Assembly: GCA_049289395.1 (NCBI GenBank)
Contig: JBATLQ010000015.1
Span: 1-44,578, forward strand
Source of the DNA: Candidatus Moraniibacteriota bacterium
GTDB taxonomy: Bacteria > Patescibacteriota > Minisyncoccia > Moranbacterales > UBA1568
Reading direction: 5' to 3'
Length of the DNA stretch: 44,578 nt
In this document: positions 33,072 through 40,923 of the stretch, in pieces
How positions within the stretch are numbered: position 1 is the first letter of the stretch
Layout: each line of letters opens with the position of its first letter
The notes under the pieces: generated by a model
What the model was told of the DNA's origin: nothing
The model's database searches: none
Seen by the model: only the letters and a program-made list of their open reading frames with translations
Translations under genes and position numbers: made by a program

Positions 33072-33262
33072 ATGATTCAGTGATACAATTATTAGACAAT
33101 GTTCATAAAACACAAAACATCAAAACACAAAGACCAAACAAAACACAAAACACAGTTTTCAAACAATACGCTTTCTTCATTTGATTCATTGAAACATTGA
33201 AAATTGTTTAGAAATTATCTTCTCATCCCTCATCCAATATCCAATATCTATTATCTCCTCCT

Positions 33263-34456
33263 ATGCTCGTCTCTGATGTCGTCAAATTGTCACTCCGTAT
33301 GTTCAAGGCTCGCACCATGCGAACCATCCTCACGATTTTCGGCATGGGTGTCGGTATCGCGGCGATTCTCTTCCTCGTTTCTTTCGGGTACGGACTCCAG
33401 CGAACATTGCTCCAGAAAATCACCACTTCCGATGCTCTCGTGACGCTCGATGTGACGACCGAGGGCGGGACGCCGGTAGAACTCAACTCCCAATTACTCT
33501 CTGGTATCGGAGAAATCCCTGGCGTCGTGGAGGTAATCCCAGCGCTCGAACTCCGCTCGCAGGCGCGACTCGATGGAGTAACGCTCGAGGTGAGCGCAGT
33601 GGCGACCGAGAGCGCCTTTATGAACCTTGATGGTCTCGCGTTCACCGTCGGGAAAAATTTCGACAGTGCGAAGCATCAGGTCGTCGTCTCTGCGGCGGTG
33701 GCGAGTATTTTTAGCGGAAAGCCAGAAGACATCATCGGGAAATCCCTTGATCTGAAACTTTTTCAGAAAATTGAGACGGCGGATGGCTCATCGAAAGAAT
33801 CCCTCCTCCTCCCGGATACGCCATACATCGTGTCTGGTATCGTGCAGGGCGAAGAGAATGTGATCTACCTCCCGCTTCAGACGCTCAGCCAATTGAAACT
33901 CCCGAATTATTCGAAAGTGAAGGTGAAATGCGGGAGTACGAATGAGGTCGAGGGTGTCCGGGCCGCCGTAGTGGAGAAGGGGCTCGTCGCATCGTCGATC
34001 TCGGACATCGTCGATCAGGCGAACAAGGTATTCAGCGTGGTACAGATCGTCCTCATGATGTTCGGCGTGATCGCACTCGTCGTATCGGCTATCGGTATGT
34101 TCAATACCATGACCATCACTCTCCTCGAACGAACCGAAGAGATCGGGATTATGAAAGCAATCGGCGCTTCCAATACCGCGATCTGGCTCATGTTCATCTC
34201 CGAAGCGACCATGATGGGATTCCTTGGTGGGCTCGGTGGGGTGCTCATCGGTTTTCTCGAAGGACAGGTCGTGAACCTCATGATCAACCTCATTGCGTCT
34301 CGTTTTGGTGGCGAGCAGGTGAGTCTCTTCTACAGTCCGCTCTGGTTCGTGATGACCATCATCGCCTTCGGTGCATTCGTCGGATTCCTCACAGGTATTT
34401 TCCCGGCCCGCAAAGCGAGTCACATCGACGCCCTCGACGCCCTGCGGTATAAATAA
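33263..34456 (+). CDS. ABC transporter permease, FtsX/MacB family
   Basis: N-terminal RTILTIFGMGVGIAAILFLVSFGYG, a large extracytoplasmic loop, then a C-terminal three-TM FtsX domain with IMKAIGASN. Confidence 0.85.
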   Translation: MLVSDVVKLSLRMFKARTMRTILTIFGMGVGIAAILFLVSFGYGLQRTLLQKITTSDALVTLDVTTEGGTPVELNSQLLSGIGEIPGVVEVIPALELRSQARLDGVTLEVSAVATESAFMNLDGLAFTVGKNFDSAKHQVVVSAAVASIFSGKPEDIIGKSLDLKLFQKIETADGSSKESLLLPDTPYIVSGIVQGEENVIYLPLQTLSQLKLPNYSKVKVKCGSTNEVEGVRAAVVEKGLVASSISDIVDQANKVFSVVQIVLMMFGVIALVVSAIGMFNTMTITLLERTEEIGIMKAIGASNTAIWLMFISEATMMGFLGGLGGVLIGFLEGQVVNLMINLIASRFGGEQVSLFYSPLWFVMTIIAFGAFVGFLTGIFPARKASHIDALDALRYK

Positions 34457-34474
34457 ATGACCAAATAGAGAATA

Positions 34475-34498
34475 ATATGGGCAGTATACTGCCCATAT
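34475..34498. promoter_or_regulatory. 24-bp perfect palindrome abutting the -35 box
   Basis: ATATGGGCAGTATACTGCCCATAT equals its own reverse complement. It could be a terminator hairpin for the FtsX gene or an operator. Confidence 0.6.
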
Positions 34499-34527
34499 TT
34501 GACAAAATATAGTTATTAGAGTATACT
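34499..34527 (+). promoter_or_regulatory. promoter TTGACA-17-TATACT, 9 nt from ATG 34537 (leaderless or near-leaderless)
   Basis: TTGACA 34499-34504, TATACT 34522-34527, then TGTCCTATT ATG. Confidence 0.6.
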
Positions 34528-34536
34528 TGTCCTATT

Positions 34537-35697
34537 ATGAATACCCCAAATCATCTTTATTTTCAGAGGGAAAATGATGCGAATATCAAGGAATCGTTTG
34601 AAAATTGGCGAGTGGTTTTGCTGTTTGGCGCGAGACAAATAGGCAAGACGACTATGGCGGAGAAGTATTTCGAGAGTATTGAAATACCGAAGAAGAAGAT
34701 TGTCGGTCAGGATAGGGATGTACAGAGATTACTTCGGGAGAGTTCTCTGTCTTCAATCAATGCTTTGATAGGCGATGCTCAATTTCTCTTCATCGATGAG
34801 GCTCAGTATATTCCGGAAATAGGAACGGTTCTGAAGTTGATATATGATACAAGACCGGATGTAAAAGTCCTCGCAACGGGGTCATCTGCCTTCGGACTGG
34901 TGTCGAAAACAAGCGAAGCGATGACGGGGCGTCAAATATCTCTCAGTGCCTTTGCGCTCTCCGTTCGTGAGATTATGAATAATGATATTTTCGACAACAT
35001 CATATTCGATATTCCACAGATACTCCGGTATGGCACCTATCCGAAAGTGCTTTCGACAAATGAGGCTGATCGAAAGCAAGAAATCTTGATTGAACTCGCG
35101 GATGCGTATCTCTACAAAGATGTCTTGGAGTTTCATGGCATCAGAAAGGCTCCGGTAATCGCGAAACTTGCGCAGATGCTCGCCTTGCAGATTGGCAATC
35201 AGGTATCGCTCTCCGAACTCGCTCGGTCTCTCGAGATAAACAAAGCGACCGTTCAGAGTTATATCGATGTGCTCATTAAATCATTTATCATATTCCCGCT
35301 CTCAACGCTTTCTCGCAACCCGAGAAAAGAATTGAACAAGTCGATGAAATATTATTTCTATGATACTGGCATACGGAATGCTATTATCCGTAATTTTTCT
35401 GATTTAGATATTCGCAATGATGTCGGAGCCTTGTGGGAGAATTTCATCGTGAGTGAAATGAAGAAGAGGTATACTTATGATAAGAAGCCGTTCAATATGT
35501 ACCATTGGAGGACATACGATCAGAAAGAAATAGATATTGTTATGGAAGAAAATGGACTACTGAGAGCTTATGAGTGCAAATATTCCGGGGATTCTCGCGA
35601 TATCAGGAAATCCACGCATGAAGCATGGAGGAGTTTGTATCCGGATGCGACGGTAGGGGTCATCAATAAGACGAATTTCGTTTCGTATTTGAAATAG
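34537..35697 (+). CDS. AAA-family ATPase (AAA_14 plus DUF4143 type)
   Basis: Walker A GARQIGKTT, Walker B FLFIDEAQ. The size (386 aa) and C-terminal pattern are typical of the DUF4143 ATP-binding proteins. Confidence 0.75.
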   Translation: MNTPNHLYFQRENDANIKESFENWRVVLLFGARQIGKTTMAEKYFESIEIPKKKIVGQDRDVQRLLRESSLSSINALIGDAQFLFIDEAQYIPEIGTVLKLIYDTRPDVKVLATGSSAFGLVSKTSEAMTGRQISLSAFALSVREIMNNDIFDNIIFDIPQILRYGTYPKVLSTNEADRKQEILIELADAYLYKDVLEFHGIRKAPVIAKLAQMLALQIGNQVSLSELARSLEINKATVQSYIDVLIKSFIIFPLSTLSRNPRKELNKSMKYYFYDTGIRNAIIRNFSDLDIRNDVGALWENFIVSEMKKRYTYDKKPFNMYHWRTYDQKEIDIVMEENGLLRAYECKYSGDSRDIRKSTHEAWRSLYPDATVGVINKTNFVSYLK

Positions 35698-35743
35698 TAT
35701 CTATGACCATTCAAATTTCAAACTCTTAATCTCTTCTCCGGCC

Positions 35744-36538
35744 ATGGGTCTCATCGGACTGCTTATCACGGTACTTCTCATGATCCTCGGAGCGGGGTAT
35801 TTTCTGTTTGGTACTTCGAGTGGACCGATTACGCTGGAGAATAAGAATACAGAACAACCATCCGTCGCGGATATAACGACGGGTGCGGGAGAGATCGCGC
35901 GGTATCAGGCAATCCGGGATCAAGCGCAGGGAGTCAGTAAACAGGTAACAGAAAACAGTAAACAATTAGCAGAAAGCATAGAACAGGGGATAGCAAACAG
36001 CGAACAAGGAACAGTCAAAACAGCGGTCGTTCCGCTTTCGAGCGGTGCATCCGCTGTTGGGAAGGAAAAAACAGATTTGAACATTATCGACCGGAAAGTG
36101 GATTTCGGATTCGGCGTTCCGAAAGAGAAGCGAATGATTGATACGGTCGTACTCCACTCATCCTATAACTCCATAGGGGGCGACCCATACTCGGTGAACA
36201 AGGTAATAGATATTTGGCGGGGATATAGTGTCGCACCACATTACATGATCGATCGGAAGGGGAATATCTATCGTCTCGTCGATGACGCGAATATTGCCTA
36301 TCATGCGGGTGTGTCGAAACTGCCGGATGGGCGGACGAATGTGAATGATTTCTCCATTGGTATCGAGATCCTGAATACGAAGGAGGACAAGTATACGGAG
36401 GCAGAGTATGACGCGGTGAATACTCTCATCGCATACCTCCGCGGAAAATACAGTATCAAGCAAGTCGTCGGTCACGCCGACATCGCCCCGGGGAGGAAGG
36501 ATGACCCGTGGCATTTTAACTGGAAACAGTTAAAATGA
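35744..36538 (+). CDS. membrane-anchored N-acetylmuramoyl-L-alanine amidase (Amidase_2/PGRP type)
   Basis: N-terminal TM LIGLLITVLLMILGAGYFLF, a linker, then HYMIDRKGNIYRLV, AYHAG, NDFSIGIEILN and VVGHADIAPGRKDDP. Confidence 0.8.
   Translation: MGLIGLLITVLLMILGAGYFLFGTSSGPITLENKNTEQPSVADITTGAGEIARYQAIRDQAQGVSKQVTENSKQLAESIEQGIANSEQGTVKTAVVPLSSGASAVGKEKTDLNIIDRKVDFGFGVPKEKRMIDTVVLHSSYNSIGGDPYSVNKVIDIWRGYSVAPHYMIDRKGNIYRLVDDANIAYHAGVSKLPDGRTNVNDFSIGIEILNTKEDKYTEAEYDAVNTLIAYLRGKYSIKQVVGHADIAPGRKDDPWHFNWKQLK
36020..36057 (+). repeat. copy of the hairpin repeat embedded in-frame in the amidase linker
   Basis: ACAGCGGTCGTTCCGCTTTCGAGCGGTGCATCCGCTGT. The loop is TTTCGA instead of TTTTTGA, which removes the TGA. 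Translated as TAVVPLSSGASAV. Confidence 0.65.
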
Positions 36539-36553
36539 AAACACAAAAATGAA

Positions 36554-36654
36554 AAACACAAAGTCCAAACAAAACACAGGAAACAAAACTTAAAACAAGA
36601 GAGTTTGTGATTTTTGGAAATTGAAATTTGTGTTTTGTTTGGTTTTTGTGCTTT
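36554..36654. repeat. long imperfect hairpin with CA-rich and TG-rich arms
   Basis: Arms of about 26 bp, AAACACAAAGTCCAAACAAAACACA / TGTGTTTTGTTTGGTTTTTGTGCTTT (2 mismatches, 1 wobble), with a 49-nt loop. An arm homolog lies at 33104-33150. Confidence 0.65.
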
Positions 36655-36668
36655 GATGATTGTGTTTT

Positions 36669-36953
36669 ATGGTCTATATATTTTCACTTAAAATTGAAAA
36701 AGAGAACTCAGAACTTACTTTATTGAAGGATGGGGTTGAAGTGGCGACGAGGGAGTGGCCTGAGGAGCGGGGGAGCGGGAAGGCGATACTCACTGCCATT
36801 GACGAGATTTTGACGGAGATGGATATGACACCACAGATGGTGGATAATTTCACCATTGACTCATTGCTCCCGGAAACCTATACTTCCTACAGGATAGCGA
36901 AGACGATTTCCGTCGTGTACGGATTCGCTGTTCAGACAGGGACAGAAAAATAA
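36669..36953 (+). CDS. small hypothetical protein with weak resemblance to the N-terminal half of TsaB/YeaZ
   Basis: MVYIFSLKIEKENSELTLLKDG...GKAILTAIDEILTEMDMTPQMVDNFTI...SYRIAKTISVVYGFAV parallels the TsaB layout, but the protein is only 94 aa. Confidence 0.3.
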   Translation: MVYIFSLKIEKENSELTLLKDGVEVATREWPEERGSGKAILTAIDEILTEMDMTPQMVDNFTIDSLLPETYTSYRIAKTISVVYGFAVQTGTEK

Positions 36954-37107
36954 AGAAAGCGGGAGGAGTTGTCGGATTCCGGACATACCCGAATTCCAAA
37001 AGATAGCAACTTTTCTTTGCCTTCCTCACATGCGTATTCCTCGTTCTTCTTTTATACAAGAGTGATTTCGTCGAAAGGCTATATCTGAGCCTCTTTTCGC
37101 GTTCCGT

Positions 37108-37136
37108 TTGACAGGTACTTGACAGTTTGATAGTAT
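37108..37136 (+). promoter_or_regulatory. promoter TTGACA-17-(TGa)TAGTAT upstream of rpoB
   Basis: TTGACA 37108-37113, TAGTAT 37131-37136, preceded by TGa. Confidence 0.55.
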
Positions 37137-37376
37137 TCCTTTTGCATTCTCAAGAAGTGTGTGGACTTTTAGGACTTATGCGTTTAGCGCGATTCTCGGA
37201 CCCATAAAGTAGGCGAGATCTGCACTTGAACGCACGAGGCCTAATGAAGCCGTGCCGGTTGGCGGTGCGGATAAACCAGTAAGCAACAACGAAATGCGAA
37301 CGGGTGACGCATTTTCGAACAAGTAAATAGTTATCCGACTAATCTCATTAGTCTTTCTTCCATTTTTTCGATCGAG

Positions 37377-40300
37377 ATGGAAGGGGGGTACGATGAGCGC
37401 TTTTTTATGTCCAAAGCGCAAAAGGTGCTGAAGGTGAAGGATACATTTGGTTCAACATCTTCGTTGTCCAAACGGAAGTTTTTTCGGGATCGTATCATGG
37501 TGTCCCTCCCGAATCTCATCGAGATTCAGCAGGATGCCTATCAGTGGTTCTGGGACAAGGGTCTGACCGAACTGTTCCAAGAGATCAATCCGATCACTGA
37601 TTTTACGGAGAAGGATTTGGAACTGTCTTTCTCAGATCACTACCTCGATGAGCCGAAGTGCTCGCCGACAGTTGCGAAGGCGAAGAACATTTCTTTCGAG
37701 GCGCCACTTCGCGTGAAGGCGACGCTTGTCATCAAGCAGACCGGTGAAGTGAAGGAGCAGGAGATCTATCTCGGTGACTTTCCGGTGATGACCGAGCGTG
37801 GGACATTTATTATCAATGGAGTGGAGCGCGTCGTCGTTTCTCAGCTCATCCGTTCTCCGGGTGTGTTCTTCACCATGGAGTACAACAAGGGAAAGAAATT
37901 GTTTGGTGCGAAGATTATTCCGAATCGTGGGGCGTGGCTCGAAGTGGAGACCGACCTCGATGGGGTGATTTCTGTGAAGATTGATCGCAAGCGCAAGATT
38001 CCAATTTCCGCTCTGTTCAAGGCATTTGGAACCGATGAAAAGGCACTCAGGCAGGCTTTCGTCGATATCGATAATGGTGATGTTCGGTTCATCGAAGAGA
38101 CCCTCGCGAAGGATCCATCGAAATCTCGGGGAGAGGCGTACCGTGAAGTGTACAAAAGGCTCCGCCCGGGAGACCTTGCTACCGAAGAGAATGCGAAGTC
38201 GATGATCGATGCGATGTTTTTCAATTTCGAACGGTATGACTTCGGTTCGGTCGGTCGCTATCGTTTGAATCAACGGCTCGAAATCGATCGGGAGAATACT
38301 GAGGCAAATCGTATTCTCTGCGTGGATGATCTCATTCTCATCGTTCGTGAAATTATCCGTCTCTCCAATGATCCGACCGCGAAGGCTGATGATATCGACC
38401 ACTTGGGGAATCGTCGCGTGCGCGCGGTAGGCGAGCTCATCCAGAACAAGCTCCGTGTCGGTGTGTATCGGATGGTGCGCAATGTGAAGGATCGTATGAG
38501 TACCTGTGATTTGGAGACGGTCGTTCCTGGTCAGCTCATCAACCCTCGGCCGGTTGCCGCATCCGTGAAAGAATTTTTCTCTTCGTCTCAGCTCTCGCAA
38601 TTCATGGACCAGGTGAATCCGCTTGCCGAGCTCGAGCACAAACGGCGTCTCTCGGCGATGGGTCCCGGTGGACTCACTCGTGAGCGCGCCGGTTTCGAAG
38701 TGCGCGATGTGCACCCTTCCCACTATGGTCGCATCTGTCCCGTGGAGACACCGGAAGGTCCGAATATCGGTCTCGTCGGACACCTCGCGAGTTATGCTCG
38801 TGTGAATGAATATGGATTTCTCGAAACCCCGTATCTCGTGATCAAAAAGTCCGTCCCCGCATCGGAGAAAGATCTGCTCCACCGCATTCTCAGGGAAGAT
38901 ATCAATGGTGTTGCGAAGGCCGGTGAGAAAATTGATGAGGTATTGGCGAAGAAAATCGTCACGAAGAAGAAGGGTGGGGAAGTTGCCGTGAAGCCGTTCA
39001 TTACTTCTGAAATCGAATACCTGAATGCCATTGTGGAGGACCGGAAGTCGATCGCGCATGCTGGTATCGACCTCGACGAGCACCGCAATATCATGAACGA
39101 TGCCGTCGGCGCGCGCGTGAAGGGTCAGCCGGGCATGGTGGATACGGTAGATCTCGACTTCGTCGATGTGTCCGTCAAGCAGTGTATCTCTATCGCGACT
39201 GCCCTCATCCCATTTCTCGAACACGACGATGCGAACCGTGCTCTTATGGGTTCGAACATGCAACGACAGGCAGTATCGTGCGTGAAGCCACAGGCACCGG
39301 TCGTGGGTACGGGTATCGAAGACAAGGCAGCTGCGGACTCTGGTCAGGCGGTGATCGCAGTGAAGGAGGGCGAAGTCATCGAAGTCGATGCGAGCCATGT
39401 CATCGTGCGGGAAGTCGCCCCAGCCGGATCGAAGAAAGAGACATTCGATCGTGAATATGATCTCCTCTCTTTCGCCAAGTCGAACTCATTTACATCCATG
39501 AACCAGGTACCACGCGTGGTGAAGGGGCAGAGTATCGCGAAGGGGGATCTCCTCGCGGATGGTGCCTCCACCGATCATGGCGAGCTTGCACTCGGGCAGA
39601 ATATGCTCGTCGCACTCATCCCATGGGAAGGGTACAATTATGAGGACGCCATCATCGTTTCCGAACGGGTCGTACAGGAGGATCGGTACAGCTCTATCCA
39701 TATCGAGGACTTCTCGATGGATGTGCGCGATACCAAGCTGGGGCCGGAAGTCGTGACGCGCGATATCCCGAATATCGGTGAGGATCGCCTCCGGAATCTC
39801 GATGAGACCGGTATCATCCGCATCGGTGCGGAAGTTTCTTCGGGAGATATTCTCGTCGGGAAGATCACGCCGAAGGGTGAAGGGGATCTCACGGCCGAGG
39901 AGCGATTGCTCCGTGTTATTTTCGGTGAGAAATCTCGTGATGTGAAGGATTCTTCGATGTATCTCCCGCATGGTGAGCATGGCAAAGTCGTCGATATCAA
40001 GGTGTTCTCTCGTGATAAAGGAGACAAACTCCCGATGGGGGTGTTCGAACAGATACAGGTTTCCGTTGCGCAGATGCGGAAAGTTTCCGTCGGAGACAAG
40101 CTCGCCGGTCGTCACGGGAACAAGGGTGTTATCTCACATGTCGCGCCAGTCGAAGATATGCCATGCCTTCTGGACGGTACTTCTATCGATATCATCCTCA
40201 ATCCACTCGGTGTGGCGAGCCGTATGAACATCGGTCAGATTCTCGAGACACATCTCGGTTGGGCAGCTTCGAAGCTCGGCTACAATGTCGCGAGTCCCGC

Positions 40301-40898
40301 ACTCGATGGCGTGTCCGAAGAGGATATCAAATCAGAATTACGGAAGGCCGGTCTCCAGGAAAATGGAAAGATTCGATTGAAGGATGGAAAGACCGGTGAG
40401 TTCTATGACAATGAATCGACCGTGGGCATCATGTACATCATGAAACTGAATCACTTGATCGAAGACAAACTGCACATGCGAAGCATCGGGCCCTACTCGC
40501 TCATCACTCAGCAGCCGCTCGGCGGTAAGGCGCAGTTCGGTGGACAGCGATTCGGAGAAATGGAAGTGTGGGCACTCGAAGGATACGGCGCCGCGCATAC
40601 GCTTCAGGAAATGCTCACGATCAAATCGGACGATGTGCTCGGCCGATCGAAAGCCTACGAATCGATTATCAAGGGCGAACCGATCCGCAGTCCGAACCTC
40701 CCAGCATCGTTCCATGTCTTGGTGAATGAATTGAAAGGACTCTGTCTCGATGTCGAATTGAAGGGCGTGCGGTCAATCGATGAAGATGATGCTGAGATCG
40801 TCCCGGTCGTGGATGAGAATTTCGGAACCGAAGCATTGGAGAAAGCGGTGCTCGCCGTACCAGCAGCAGAAGTTATTGCACCAGAAGAAATCGCATAA
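37377..40898 (+). CDS. rpoB: DNA-directed RNA polymerase subunit beta
   Basis: 1173 aa. PNLIEIQQDAYQWF, GDKLAGRHGNKGV and FGEMEVWALEGYGAAHTLQEMLT. The start could instead be ATG 37407. Confidence 0.95.
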   Translation: MEGGYDERFFMSKAQKVLKVKDTFGSTSSLSKRKFFRDRIMVSLPNLIEIQQDAYQWFWDKGLTELFQEINPITDFTEKDLELSFSDHYLDEPKCSPTVAKAKNISFEAPLRVKATLVIKQTGEVKEQEIYLGDFPVMTERGTFIINGVERVVVSQLIRSPGVFFTMEYNKGKKLFGAKIIPNRGAWLEVETDLDGVISVKIDRKRKIPISALFKAFGTDEKALRQAFVDIDNGDVRFIEETLAKDPSKSRGEAYREVYKRLRPGDLATEENAKSMIDAMFFNFERYDFGSVGRYRLNQRLEIDRENTEANRILCVDDLILIVREIIRLSNDPTAKADDIDHLGNRRVRAVGELIQNKLRVGVYRMVRNVKDRMSTCDLETVVPGQLINPRPVAASVKEFFSSSQLSQFMDQVNPLAELEHKRRLSAMGPGGLTRERAGFEVRDVHPSHYGRICPVETPEGPNIGLVGHLASYARVNEYGFLETPYLVIKKSVPASEKDLLHRILREDINGVAKAGEKIDEVLAKKIVTKKKGGEVAVKPFITSEIEYLNAIVEDRKSIAHAGIDLDEHRNIMNDAVGARVKGQPGMVDTVDLDFVDVSVKQCISIATALIPFLEHDDANRALMGSNMQRQAVSCVKPQAPVVGTGIEDKAAADSGQAVIAVKEGEVIEVDASHVIVREVAPAGSKKETFDREYDLLSFAKSNSFTSMNQVPRVVKGQSIAKGDLLADGASTDHGELALGQNMLVALIPWEGYNYEDAIIVSERVVQEDRYSSIHIEDFSMDVRDTKLGPEVVTRDIPNIGEDRLRNLDETGIIRIGAEVSSGDILVGKITPKGEGDLTAEERLLRVIFGEKSRDVKDSSMYLPHGEHGKVVDIKVFSRDKGDKLPMGVFEQIQVSVAQMRKVSVGDKLAGRHGNKGVISHVAPVEDMPCLLDGTSIDIILNPLGVASRMNIGQILETHLGWAASKLGYNVASPALDGVSEEDIKSELRKAGLQENGKIRLKDGKTGEFYDNESTVGIMYIMKLNHLIEDKLHMRSIGPYSLITQQPLGGKAQFGGQRFGEMEVWALEGYGAAHTLQEMLTIKSDDVLGRSKAYESIIKGEPIRSPNLPASFHVLVNELKGLCLDVELKGVRSIDEDDAEIVPVVDENFGTEALEKAVLAVPAAEVIAPEEIA

Positions 40899-40923
40899 TT
40901 GGTCATAAAATATCTATTAGAGT

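Noticed and set aside
37143-37376. tmRNA, RNase P RNA, SRP RNA or 6S RNA in the rpoB upstream spacer
   Set aside because: There is no GGGG...UCCACCA-type tRNA-like ends and no tag frame ending in a hydrophobic A-A stop. The GAGGAAAGUCC motif of RNase P and the GGAA-capped SRP domain IV motif are also absent. 6S cannot be judged by eye. I treat the region as a leader only.
37632-39398. 588-aa minus-strand ORF
   Set aside because: It is antisense to rpoB. Shadow ORF.
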